NCBI RefSeq assembly: GCF_964204645.1
Contig: NC_134031.1
Location: 5,952,001-6,016,000, forward strand
Direction of reading: 5' to 3'
Source of the DNA: Tubulanus polymorphus
Lineage: Eukaryota > Animalia > Nemertea
Length of the DNA stretch: 64,000 bases
The number at the start of each line of letters is the position of its first letter. The stretch's first letter is position 1. The notes beneath the pieces were generated by a model, which was not told where the DNA came from, did no database searches, and saw only the letters and a program-made list of their open reading frames with translations. Made by a program: the position numbers and the translations under genes. Below, one piece after another: positions 25,137 through 38,659 of this stretch.

Positions 25137-27613
25137 TGATATCGGGAATCAAATCTATAACGCCTCAAAGTCGATCGAAACAAGGACTCTAAATCGAAAC
25201 TTTTCGTTTTGAATGATACATTGAGTAAAACATCTTAATGCCGTCTGTCAGGGGACTATTGTTTAAGCCCTACTAGAAAATACAGCGTTGTAACACTCTT
25301 TCTTCTAGCACGCAAAGCATCCAACCGCTCGATCTTCGTGCTTATCACCATTGACAAATAAAAATACCGCCTAAAAGTCCGAAGAAAAAATGACCGAAGT
25401 AGAGGTCAGTTGGTGTATATGTCATCATTGTTATGGAGAGGTCACGAGTGCAATGATTTTTTGGAAAAGGTCTCGTCGCGTATTTATTGGTTGTACGGAT
25501 AAAGAAGTTGTGATTTTGATTTCCATTCGTTTTGAAAGGAGCAAGATTTGAACCTGTTATTAATCAGAGACCAGGCCTTATACTGCTGTACTTTAGGACA
25601 TCCATTCATGGCAAATTCTACCGATCTCCATTGACCATTGTCCGGTAGCATTTTTTCCTGAATGAAAGTTCCAACCATGCATTAGGGACGGAGGTGCGGT
25701 CATTGGTGAAAAAATTTCTCAATGGTACATTTCGCATTCGGACAGTGGTCAAAAGAGCATTTTGTCAATGAACTGAAATATAGTGAAACGACTTCCAACA
25801 ACACAATACCCGGTACTCTACGGAGAATGTGGGAAAAAGATCTGGACACCTCGATACGCGACTATAGCACACCGCGGCGAAGAATTTCCAAGATGAAAAA
25901 GTATGGAACCTAGGTCTCCGCAGTCTATAGGCGTGACATTGCGGTCAATGGCGGAATATGGCTACGAACCGCTGCCAGTTTCAGAATTTTGCCAGGGGAT
26001 TCATTTGAGGGACAGTCCTATTTCTAGAAAAAGGACACTTTTTACCGTGAAAAGGGGCACTTTTCCTATATTGAATAATGGACACATCTAGAATATGATG
26101 TGCCTAAATAAATCATTTGAGAATGGATTGCTTTTCATTCTCGAAAAAAAAATGAAAATCGTATCCAAATTACAAAATTCTTGACCCAAATTTTTCCACA
26201 CGTTTTAGAATTATAGAGGGTTCGTTCGTTACCCCGAGCCCCCACTCGGCGCGGGGCTGGGACTGACTTAGGACTGCACTATAAGGGCAGAGTAACTCAC
26301 CTTTTAAGTGAGCACCTATCACATCTACTAACAATACTTGGGCGAGAAAACAGCATCTTTTCCCTATATGGTAATTTATAAGGGCTTTTGAAAGATGTTT
26401 CGGGGTGTGTCACGAGCAATCATCTCAATCTTGAGATGATTGCTCGTAGGTCCCAGGAAAAGTCGCCCATTGCCATACAACGAGAAAGACCACTTCACCT
26501 GTCACATATACTTTTCACATTCAGATTGATCACATTTGATCGCGGGAAGACTTGAATTCGAGTAAATGGCTCTCACTGCAATTAAGGCACTTATTTATCA
26601 ACGCGTGAAAACAGCGATCATAAACACGTCTATATCGTTCTCCACCACAGTCTTGAATAAATAACGCGCATTATTTCAAAATGTTCCACAGCGATTGATC
26701 TGTGAACGGGATAGCGCAATTCTAAAAAGACCCGCATAACCGAATAACAGGTGATTTTTTGGCGTGGGAATATCGCGCGTGAATTTCAATTCGCTGAATG
26801 TTTGCTTAGCTTTGATTCGAGTTTTAAATCTATCCTATATGTTATGAGGAGCAAGAACTCGCGGGCCTGGTATTAATTCATCCCTTACTAAAAAAAACTC
26901 GCCGCTGTTGACACACTTTTTCAATAAAAGAACGGACGGGGAAGTTTCTCTTCTTCCTATATTCAGGTATACAATAGAGATTCGGGGGAAATTCTGAGAA
27001 AACCGGGGGGCATTATGTATCGATCCAGGTTGCGCGTTAGTTTGTTACATAAATTCATAACAAAACTTTGAAGATGAAGAAATAGCCGAGAGGGTGTGAC
27101 CGGAACACACTATTCAGAGGTTAAAAAAAATTCACTGGGTCGATGCTTCTTGTTGAAATTGGGTCAGTGGAGATCGCCCTGCCACTCGTCTAGCGGGATT
27201 CGATATCCGTATATGATCTAGATCCCACTTTATTCTAGTATCATAATTAGTATCATAAATACGTAGTTATTTTCCATGGCTGTAAAGGCCTTATACATTT
27301 ATTGTAGGATTCGAACCTCATGATCTATAAACGGTCTTTTTTTCCAGATTATTTGATGATTTATTTAATCGTGAACTAATTGACGTTGTTGTTGTAAAGT
27401 GAGATTTTTACTGGTAGCTTTTTCCCACCAGCCGACAAGAAAAAACCAGGTATAAATATGTAGCCGTCGTTGTCACGCACGCGCATATCACGCAACAAAA
27501 CACGCATTTCTCGCAGAATTTACTGTTCGCATACGCGCCAAACTCCACACGTCTCCTAATCATCTCAGTCGATATCACCTTCATAATCATCAAAGAACCT
27601 TTCATTGTTCTGA

Positions 27614-27782
27614 CAGGGCCACGGTTATCTGAGTTAGTCGGCTTTAGTCGAACTAGACGAAACCGAATGTCCATTAGTCGGAACTATATCCCGGAAATAC
27701 ATGTAGTTCGAAAATCAAGCGCATTCGGTTATTAGTTCCGACCACTATAGTCGACTAGATACGAAAAACGAATTTGGCCCTG
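27614..27782. mobile_element. Old hAT-like palindromic MITE
   Basis: CAGGGCC...GGCCCTG termini, internal imperfect palindrome, degenerate 8-bp flanks tgttctga / gctgctga. Confidence 0.55.
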
Positions 27783-29397
27783 GCTGCTGATTCTACTGCA
27801 ATGGCAAAATTCGATTATTTCCGGTTATCTAAACTAAAAAACATTATTGAGTTCAAATTATCATTTACGCATATATGGTAATTCGTCAACCTAATAAAAA
27901 GAAACCTTGAATAAAAAGATACTTGCGCATCGGTCATCAGATCTAAGAAACCACCATGGATCAAGCATTGTTTTCTCTGTTGGCACATTCAATGCGAAGA
28001 GAATATATTCATTCCCACACGAGTAGTTTATTGAATTGTCGCTACTACCGACTAACAATAAACAGGTGGGTTATTGATCAATTTCCCACGCCGGGCAACA
28101 AGTAGTATCGAGGGTGCAAGAGATGGAGCCGGGTGTGACAATAGGTGAAACAGCTGGGACACCAGACGATACCTTCCTCCTAACCGTTCCCTGCCTGGCC
28201 CTCTCTGGTCTCGGCCCGATCGAGTACATACATCATCGTCATCGTCGTGTCCCTCCCTTCTCGCGGGTCCTCTTGCTGCCCGCCGTGGGGGGTCTAGGGG
28301 TCCGCATCCCCGCCTTCCTATCTATTGTGGTTGCCCATGTTTGTTGTGATCGCGATTGGCAATCAGCTATGACTCTCGTCCTCTCGGAAATTGCACCTTT
28401 TCAAAATGTGTATAAAACACCGAGGGGACGTCCTCCTCATCTCAGCTCCGTTTTGACCTTTCCGTCCTGAGCTCCTCATTTAGCCCTTCCCTCGTGAACG
28501 TCAGCTACACCGACCCCCCCCCCCCCCTGTGTTCCTCCCTCGTCTGAACCCAAAACAGTTCCCCTCCCTTCTTCTCTGTAGCCTTGAATTTAATTTGGTG
28601 TTTTGTGACATCTTGTTTCTCCGATCACCATTTGTGTAAATTTAATATCGGGCTCAATCGTTGTATTTATACATACGTTTGATTAAAAACCACGGACTTT
28701 GAAACGAATTAGTTTTCCAAAGAGTCTAAAGAATTTGTAGAAAACTTATGTTCAATGTATACCGGTATTTTTAAATCAAAGTATAAACATTCAAACCAGG
28801 TTCATGAAACCGAAGACACTTCTAACCAAATATGCAATTTTCGTCGGACGCCAAAAGCAAAATTACCCATGAAAATTAAACACGATTTCGTCGTTTGTTG
28901 ATATACAATAAATGCAATTTTTATTATCTTTTCATTAGTGAAATGATGACAATTAAATAATATGATTCATGTTACATTATCATAACCATTTATTACAATT
29001 TTACAATAGTATATTAAACATTATTTACATAAAAGAAACATATTTCGCATTAATGGAATTCATGAAAATGAAAATATCACAAAGGGCGAATAAATTGTGC
29101 GATTTCGTGAGCCAGTGAGTGGCCCTTATAAATGATATACACGTAGACAAATAAAAAAAATTCATACACATTCATTCATTTTCTAAATTTCATCATCATG
29201 GCTTTGATTTACATGGAAAACTCAGAGATAAACGAATTTATTCAATATCATAAAAATACACGTTTTTGAAATCGTCATGTTGAAACTGTACAGGGAACAG
29301 GCGACAATTTATATGCACTATAACATAATCCTTAACACAGACACGAAAAAATCCCCCAAATTATAGCAGGAAAAATGTCAAAGGCCACTTGGTACTG

Positions 29398-29573
<176 letters not shown>

Positions 29574-30966
29574 GATCATTCGTATACACAGACCCCACTA
29601 GGGGTAGCCTAACTGAGCATGTACTCTCTCTCTCTCTCTCACACTCTTGGGACATTCCAGAAAACGAGTCTATCGTACTGTCAACCCTATAATTACCGTG
29701 ACACATTTCTTATATATAGAACGTCTATCTAAAACCGAAAACCGATGACATGTGATAAAATAAAGAGGCCGAAACGTCGTCTGATTTTAGGACAACACGA
29801 TTTTTGAATTTTTGAACGGCCAAGGGAGATCGCCCACCATTCCCTTGAGATAGCCCACGGACGCAAACACGTGTTTCATAGATATCCCGAACGCGTCGGG
29901 GCGAGTTTGACAATTCCTCAAAAAAAATGCTTAATTTGTTCATGATTTGTTCGACAAAAAACAGATGAATTTTGTGCCCGTTTCCGGAAGCCTGTTTTCA
30001 CAAAGTTACAAGTGGTTTATTTTTTTTCACTTACTGTGAAGTGGTTTCCTCGAATCGCTAACGTACAGGGAAAAAACTTCACAAACGTAACAATAAAAAA
30101 ACTTCAACGCGAGGATAAGTGCCCCCATAAACAATTTCAAACTCTCACTCACTACAAATTTAGCCGGCCTCTTTTTTGAAACGACGAAATGATAGAAATT
30201 TATTAGATAAGACATCAAACAAATTTTATTCGAAATCAGTAAAGCCCTTTTGAAATGTTTTTGCTATAGTTTTCATGAGTGTGGTCTTAAAGCGATTAGT
30301 GTAAAAACCACTTTTACAAGCCTAATATTACAAATGCATTAATGATTTTATCAAGTAAGAACTTAAGCATTTTTGGAATCGCCCTTATTTCGCAAATATC
30401 CTATAACCACATATATGGCAGTGGTTAATTACGCGTGACCTGACCTTTACCCCTGAGGTTCTATAAACTACTTCACATTGCGTCCTTCCCGTATAAACGG
30501 GTATCGTCATTGTCCAACTAGCGAGTTCCTTTTATGGTTGCAGTGTAGTTAGCGAAAGTGAAGATCCGGCAGCCTGGTCAAGCATACAAGTACAATCACC
30601 TTCCCGTAGTATATTGGGGTTATTTTCCATAATCGCCACCATTCATACATTTCACGCACAATACATTCCACCGACGGACACAACTCAGAAGAGTACATTT
30701 AACCGCAATTTCACATGCCCGTGGCAAGAATAATCGAAAACTCGATCGGTCGTCAAACGTTTAAGACGTGGACCACTCCGGGCAGTCCTTAAAGTTTTCA
30801 AACACCGTATATTCCGTCATAACTCGGGGTTCCAACCCCACATATTTCCTGATAACATAGTCCATTTTTCTCGGGACTAGAAGAAAACGTCGCTATACAG
30901 TCGCGCACGCATTTTCTATGCACATATCACAAATCGTATTAAATGTTTTGTTTTGAAATATGGCAA

Positions 30967-31293
30967 CTATGTAGCCATATATCTACTAGTGTTGGCACAG
31001 TGATTGATGAGACAATCGGTAATTTTATTATGTCCACCGTAAGCAGCTACGTGTAACGGACTCCAGCCGTCAATGTTCGCAAGTCTTACATCGGCGCCGA
31101 ATTTCAGTAATAATTTCACTAACTCTAGATTACCTTCGATACAGCACTGGTGTAAAGCTGTTTGTCCTTCGCGGTCGTATTTATTCACGTTAACTTTGCC
31201 CTGATATTCCTGCATAATTCGCTGCAATTCTCTGCTGTCGCCGGTTTTTACGGCGGCGTGAAATACGTCCTGATGTAACGAGTAGCTGTTCAT
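30967..31293 (-). CDS. NRARP: Notch-regulated ankyrin repeat protein, copy B (single exon, 108 aa; true ATG at 31293, not 31518)
   Basis: Near-identical to copy A, with identity starting exactly at the ATG at 31293. A CCAAT box (31456) and CSL sites (31539, 31825, 31914) lie upstream. Confidence 0.93.
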   Translation of the reverse strand: MNSYSLHQDVFHAAVKTGDSRELQRIMQEYQGKVNVNKYDREGQTALHQCCIEGNLELVKLLLKFGADVRLANIDGWSPLHVAAYGGHNKITDCLINHCANTSRYMAT

Positions 31294-33765
31294 CGTTGTT
31301 ATTTCTGTGGTCGTCTGCGCGTATGGGAACCGACTTGGATCGCTGCTAATTTTTTCCGTGTTGTTTTGCGAAACGTAAACCACTTGTGAATGAGCGCATT
31401 CCACTTTATTACGGCTGGAAAACTTCTCGGAAACACGAATTCTAAATGCGTCGAACCAATCGGCACCGTGGGAGCTTCTCGGTAACTCCGCCTTCGTGCG
31501 CGTATGAATAGATCTCATAAAACTAAGTGACCTTCATGTGTGGGAACTCGGAAGCGCAACTCATAAAGTGTTTTGTATTTTTGAACAGTCGAATGTATTT
31601 TCATTGAAAACGAACAATATCGTAATTGAGCGAAACCCGTCCAATGATCTAGTGACTGACTATAATGAGAACTGTGTGAGAGACTGTAGTTAGTTGACAA
31701 GTGCACGTGCTTTAAATATGTCGTCTGCAAAGGCCGCGCGCGCAGACGTAACCATCGTCTTGAAAAACGTTTGTATTTATATTTTCTCAAAGAAAATCGC
31801 GCTAGAGAAATTTCTCCGGTGAGTTTCCCACGTCGTGTGAATTGAGTATCGGGGTCAAAATGAACTCAGTTACATCGTTTTTCGTCCCACGGATCGACGG
31901 CCTGACCTAACAATTCTCACGCTTTCCTTATGCCGTTTTGTTTATTTTTGTTGGCCTAAATGTATTGTCAGTTATCAACTGATTGGTCTTTTGCTTGTTC
32001 GCGTACATAAAAGTCCATTTTTATCATTACTTTTGTGGCTATTATTCCGTTCGAAAGTGTCTTGTTGGTGTTCCAACGTCTCCTGTGTCTGGGGAGGAGG
32101 ATATATTGTGTGGTCTCGAGTTAACTCTATGCTCAAGAAGTTTATGAATGAAAGTACCGGTCAAAGGATCATCGGAGACAGGTGTAGGTTAGAGCGTGGT
32201 CCCACGGTCTGGACCTTCGGGCAAAATGTGTATATCGGACAACATGAAAATCGCATTATCGTTGACAATTGAAATCATTTCATTTCATAAATAATGGGAC
32301 CCTAGAAAATTAGCTCGGACAATTGGTCCACTGTTCGTATATCGCGGGTATATCTACGTGATGCATCTAGCTATTTCATGAGGATTTTCTTATTTTCAGG
32401 AATTCAAAGATCAGTGATCCAACTCACAGCCGATATGACTTTTATCGAACTGTGAAATAAGAAACTATCTCATTGAAATCAGCAATCTAAACCACGAATG
32501 TTGGAAGGAGACTCGGCATCAATTATACCCTCACTGTAAATCTATTGGCGATGAAACTCGTCCGTTTTGATGGTAATACTTTCAACTCCAAGATGGCTAT
32601 ACGACGTTTTAGATTTAAACACAGACCCTTAACAATCCAATATTGAAGCAATGAACCAATATTTCTTCCACAATGATTTATAATATATCAAGAAAGTATC
32701 AAACGATTTCGAATTTGAATTCGAAATATGGCAATTAAATTCACAGGGGCTCGTATCAGAGTTGTAAATGGTGTAAAAACGATAATCTATTATTAATCCT
32801 GGTGTCTATAATGTACATAAAATAACGATTAACTGATTATCTTTTTACATTACACTACCCTGGTCGAATTCAACGTCTCTATCATTTTTTCGAATACTCC
32901 TCCCGAAGGGAAAAGGTCGCAATTTTTGGATTGATTAAAATTAATTTGAATGATGAATCATTTATGAGTTTCTGTTCAAATATATAAATAGAATAAAAAT
33001 GAAGTTCAAGTTTTTGACGAAAGAGATTTAAAAAGTCCGATGAAGAAATCCATCGGAATGAAGTTATCGAATGTCATACAGATTTCTCCTCATATCTCGC
33101 GAAATGTTTGTCATCATCAAATTCAAACAATTTGTAAACTACGAACCCGTAGATACGATGTATGAGCGTATACAAAATTCTACAAAAAAGCGCCCAAAAT
33201 ACACGCCCACCATGGATACCAGGAAGACACCCCCGGATGTGCGCTCTGAGCTTTTTTAAAAATGTACAATAAAAAACCGCATCAGGGACCGTGGGAATCG
33301 CCCATATATGTCATCGTACACGTATATAGGAATATAACCGCCTATAGTTGAAAGATGCCGCTAAAATTATATGAACCTCAAATTAAAGTTCACATATTCT
33401 TCTTTCGACAACAACAAAAATACGAAGCCAATCGATGTCACCAATACACGATTGAATAGTAAACGATTTTTTTTCATTCGACTACTGTATACGTCGGCTC
33501 AAAATGATGCAGATTTTTTAGAGCGGATGAATAGGAAGATAAAAATGATTAAGTTAGGAATGTTTGTTACGCTAAACCAAAATTTTATGTAGCCTACTTC
33601 GGTTTAAACATAAAATTCTGTAAATTCGACCGCCGAACGGGCCACTATATCTCCCATTCTGTCGTTCGATTTCCGATTTCAAAAGTCAAACCCCTTGTTG
33701 TCGCTTCTGACAGGTGTGGTGGGTTTGCAAGGGACACCAAATTAAAACAAATCAAACAAATTTAC

Positions 33766-34163
33766 GGTAACAGGTAAAAATCCCCCTGGTGAAAATCCCC
33801 CCAAATTTTATTTCACAGCAAAACGTGATAAGATACTTCAATACTTTTATCTTGAAAAACTTAAATAGCTTTCAAAAATTTCAAATTTTCCGTGGTGTTT
33901 TTCACAATATTCACCGTGGATAATCTGTGACTTTTACTAAGATACGTGCATGAAAACGGCATTATTCTGTGACTTTTAGCAAGCAACATGCATAAAAATG
34001 ATATTATCGTAGTTTTGGAAATTTCTATGAAGAAATCTAGTTTAAAAGTAACAGTAAAATATTTACGTACCCATAATATCATTGTAGAAAGTGTTATCTA
34101 TTTCATTTAGGTTTTATACTTATAAGTTTGATAGAAACCTGATCTCGGGGGGATTTTTACCTA
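33766..34163 (+). mobile_element. Interspersed DNA-transposon-like repeat; a second, inverted copy lies at about 38050-38458
   Basis: Shared end GGTAACAGGTAA and long alignable internal blocks (ttcaaaaatttcaaatt.tccgt, ttcaccgtgg, ctgtgactttt, gatattatcgtagtt) in opposite orientation. Confidence 0.65.
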
Positions 34164-36096
34164 CATTCGAAATCTACCAATCAAATAAATAACAGGGTCA
34201 ATCCCTATTTTAAGAATAGAAACAAATAGACATCGAACTATACAAAACCGCTGACCAACAAGGCCCGTAACTTGAGGGAATGTGGATTCAGTGGAATTGA
34301 ACGGGAGTCCGTTAGGCCCTCCGCGCAAAAATTCTGAAAATTTGCTCAAAAGTGCGCGTTACCGCGCGAGCTTTCTACGGATTAGTAAATATACGCCTAA
34401 CCCAGTGATCTCATTAGCCATTCGTTGCGGATTAACACGCTTGAAAACTATGTATGTATGTATATTGTGTCATGCCCGAGAATCCCGGGGAAGATCAGGT
34501 TAAATTGCAAGCCCCTGTGGTTTGTAGCCGATCGTGTGTAAAATCAGATACATCGACCGTAAAGACGTCAAAATCCTCGCATCTCGGAGTCCGTAGCAAC
34601 TGAACTCCAAAAATATACAGCCCGCTTAATCGAGCTATGGCATCGATACAAGTTAAATACACGACGCGCGTTTTTTTCTCCACTTCGACGTACATTCGAG
34701 CATATTTATAAAGTGTAAAAGCCAAGTGTCGGTCCATACCGTGGGAATATGTAAACGGCTATTGTCCTAATTCAAGGCAACCCGAGAGAGTTTGCGACAC
34801 TTATAGGAATCCTAGCATGGCGACAGATCCGTGAGAGACCAGGATTCTTCCCACACACATCTCATTCTCATTCATATATACCCAAGTCTGGATTTGATGT
34901 ATCGAAAAAAAGGTATTTCGACTGACAATACTAAATTGCTATCGGGTTCTAAATACCTGGATAGAAAATCTTTGAGGACAGCCTGTTCAGAAGGGTACAA
35001 CGAATTCTGGACTTATTGCTACCGACATCTGTTGATTTAACTTATTTTTCAAATGGGTTCGAAAATTAATTCATGTCATTCGTGACTCGAAACTCAAAAG
35101 AGAATCAAACTATTTTCAAGTTTATGTAGATAGAGTAAGACCACAGGATCCGGTTCCAACTGCAGTCGTGAGTAAGAGTAAACTCTGAGTCGAAATTAGT
35201 TCATTTTCAAAGAGTTATATCTTAAGTCAAATCTTAACTCACAACCGTGGAACTGTTTCCAGATTCGTAATCAGAGCTATGTATTTGTTGGATGGTCCGT
35301 TTTAAAATGGACACTAAATCCGAGTTCATACCGTGGTCTAACAGGGATTACCGAGACCTTTGGAGAATGATTACTCAAAGCCGAGACCAACAAGGAATCC
35401 GTACGACTTTTTCTGCGCGGCACAGCATCGTGGGGATGGCTTTAATCTTCTCCGAGTTTCATCGCTAGAAGACACGTGTCACACTAGCGTGAGAATAGGA
35501 TTCAATGATTTCAGAAGTCTAATTACCTTCTATTCACCAACAAGTTGAACCTGCTGCGCTGGACGGAAATGTCGTTCAATTGTTTTAAACAATGCCCCCC
35601 CTTTCGCTTCGAGCGCAACATAAGGCCTCCCCTGATCACGAAAAACAAATTAAGAAGTCGATTGAATTGATGCAAAAATTTTCTAATCGCAAAATATTTA
35701 TTCTCATCAGTGACAGTTGGTAAGGAATCGTCGATTTAATCGACTGGAATAGTCTATGTTTATCAATGGATTAATTATTAATTCCTTTGAGTATGGATCT
35801 GCCGCCTGGAATGTTAAAAAAAAGTATTTCTTTTTAGTCCTCCGTTTATTTATCACAATTTGAAAAATTGTTGTTTTTTAGTTGTCCGACATCGTGTTTT
35901 TCATCACAATTTTCCCATTTTTTTCTGTGGAAATGGCGTATTTTCTGCTCGTAGAAATCCTACTCTACTTGAAAACAATCTCGGAAAACAATCCGATAGT
36001 AGGACTGAAATCTAGGAAGGCCGTTACGCCATGTTATTGCGGCTCGCGATTTCCTTTTATTAACAAATCTACAGTTAACGCTCACAGTTAGTGTGA

Positions 36097-36168
36097 TCCT
36101 CGGTAGTATAGTGGTGAGTATCCGCGCCTGTCACGTGCGAGACCCGGGTTCGATTCCCGGCCGGGGAG
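36097..36168 (+). tRNA. trnD-GTC: tRNA-Asp (GTC), identical to the copy at 21790-21861
   Basis: 72-nt cloverleaf, anticodon GTC, TTTTT terminator just downstream. Confidence 0.97.
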
Positions 36169-38577
36169 TATTTTTCTTCGCTGGGTGTAAAACTTCAGTA
36201 AAGGTGCTTTTTCTCTTTTTATTTCACACCATAGAATAAGTCTCTGATTGAATCACCCACCTAATTTGGACCCAATCAAAGATTCACGTTCGTTCTATAA
36301 CAACATATTTATTCTTCTCCTTATACATTGTTAGTGCAAGTTCATTTGTCATCCAATTAATGTTTATTTCTTTTGGTAATAAGAGATCTGTGGTGATATA
36401 AACCACGCGTGCTAAATTATCCATTATCTAGAAATAAGGATCTCCTAAAATTTGATTCGTTTTTCCCTGAATGGAACGCGCGTAATCGACAAAAACACGT
36501 CACAATTCGAAGCGATTAAGCCCGATGATAAAACGCCTGAAAAGACATTCTCACCGGATAATTCCTACTTTATCACCTCCATTTGCGACAAAAGATTTAT
36601 GAAAATTACCCGGATCTAGAACAAAGCGAACGAGAGAGTGCAGGAAACTTATAGAAATCAATCCATCTGTTTCCTTGACAACTGATAATTTCTATTGTCC
36701 AGTTCGGGCAGATTTATTTGATCTGTTGTTTTCTGACGAGCGCATGGACCTGGGAAAATTACGAATCTAATTTACAGGGGCCAATTGCTCAAAAATTGGT
36801 AAGAATTAAGGCTAAAAATTGATACCTCATTTCTCATATCTGCTGAGGTTAAAAGTTGATCCGGCGGGCCGACCTATCTACCCTAAGCTACTTTTTTGAA
36901 AATCACGATCGAGCTAACAATAACACACCCGGCAGCTATGAAATGATCACAAATTTCAATTCATTTACAAAATGACCTGGCCGCTGGCGAAACGATGTAT
37001 CATTTTAATCTAACCAGAGGATAGTAGACATACATAGTGAAAAAAGTTCATTGTTACAAATGGTATTTATCCACCGGTTATCTTTACCCAACCTCAACTG
37101 GCCCCTGAACTGTGAATAACATTGCGCAAGGGCTTTAGGTCCCTGACACTTATGCTTTTGTGCTGTACGTTTTTTAAAATAGTACATAATTCTTTGTGTG
37201 ATCTTTGTAAAACATCTAAGTTACGGATTTTGAAAAACAGAATCAAGCACACAACACCAACGCGTGTAAACGCCAGTGACAATACAAGACCGTGAACCCC
37301 CGGGGCTGACACTGTCTTCACAGTACCATTTGTCTGCATATTTCTAAATCAGATAACACGCTCGGAACTGCGAAAACTCGTCGATTTGTCGTTCTGTGAG
37401 AATCGTTTAATTTTCTTTTTTTCTTAATTTCGTTCCCATCCGCTTTTAGTCGAATTGAATTAGACAAGAGACAATAAGCCACCTACACAACCGATCTGCT
37501 ACCGTAATTCCAAACGTAGCATCGCCGTCAGCCATTTTCGTTTCTGACTCCGACTGGGAAATTTATCATTGTTCCGATTGCTACAGGATTATAGGTACGC
37601 TGCGCATAAACTGTATCCGCCTCACCGTTTCAAAACGAACTCTCATTCTCTCGAGTTTCACACGGATTTATTCTATTGCCCCTCATGCATGTCTATTAAA
37701 ACGATTGTAGAGCTCTCAATTTCATCTTAACCCGGTCGTTTGCCTCGCCGCCGGCGCCGTACTACACGCTGTAATTTCCTGCAAATTATTCTCACAAAAT
37801 CCAAAATCTGCATCAATGGCGAAATATCATCAACAATCGTCATTCAATCGTTATCAGCCGCGCGCGCTCGCTGATGAACTTTGGAAGTGTGTAATGTTGA
37901 CAAGATTTCTCATTTATTGTAGTATGCTATTTTGTGTATTTTGCATTTCAAAATTACTTAATATGATTAAGGTTTCGTGTGAATGTTTTTTACAATGTAT
38001 AGAGCAATAAGGAAAATACAGGAGACCCAGAGAAATCAAGATGGGACATATGCGAAATTTTTCTAACTACGATAATGTCATTTTTGATGCATGCTAAAAG
38101 TCACAGTGAAGTCATTTTTATGCACGTAGCTTGCTGAAAGTCACAGGTAGGTTGGCCACGGTGAATAGTGTGTGACCATGGACGTATAAACTAAATTATA
38201 CGTCCATGGTGTGACCAAAACAACGGACAATTTGAAATTTTTGAAATCTACCTAAGGTTTTTCAACATTGAAAACATAAGAAAATTGAAGAATATTTTCA
38301 ACATAAGAATATTGAAATGTTGAATTAAATGCTGAAATGAAATCTTGTTGTGAAATCAAATATATGGGGATTTTTACCAGGGGGATATTTACCGAGGGGG
38401 TCTACCTGGGGATTTTAACCTTGTGGGATTTTTTCCTGGGGGATCATTACCTGTTACCATAGCCTTGGTATGATGGACAGAACAAAATTGTGTAAATTAA
38501 CCTGGCCTGTATTATAGGCCTGTATGGTGTAACCTTTGGAAATCCGAGGCTGGGGCAAAATAAGAACAGGTATATAT

Positions 38578-38659
38578 CACAGGGGCTCACATATATAGTA
38601 CCAGGGATACTGGATGATCTAAGCTATGTACCCCAAAACTTCAAATACGAGCCCCTGTG
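38578..38659. mobile_element. 82-bp deletion derivative of the P-like foldback family at 60903-62058
   Basis: Termini CACAGGGGCTC...GAGCCCCTGTG; 8-bp TSD gtatatat / gcatatat. Confidence 0.75.

Noticed and set aside
31294-31518. 75-aa N-terminal extension of NRARP-B
   Set aside because: Identity with copy A and with known NRARPs starts at ATG 31293; the extension overlaps the CCAAT/CSL promoter region.
32742-34519. CACAGGGGCT...AGCCCCTGTG as one P-like element
   Set aside because: No target-site duplication and no internal similarity to the family.
34830-34855. Head-to-head CSL pair as a Su(H) paired site (SPS)
   Set aside because: The spacer is about 10 bp rather than 15-17 bp; no canonical SPS was found by eye.
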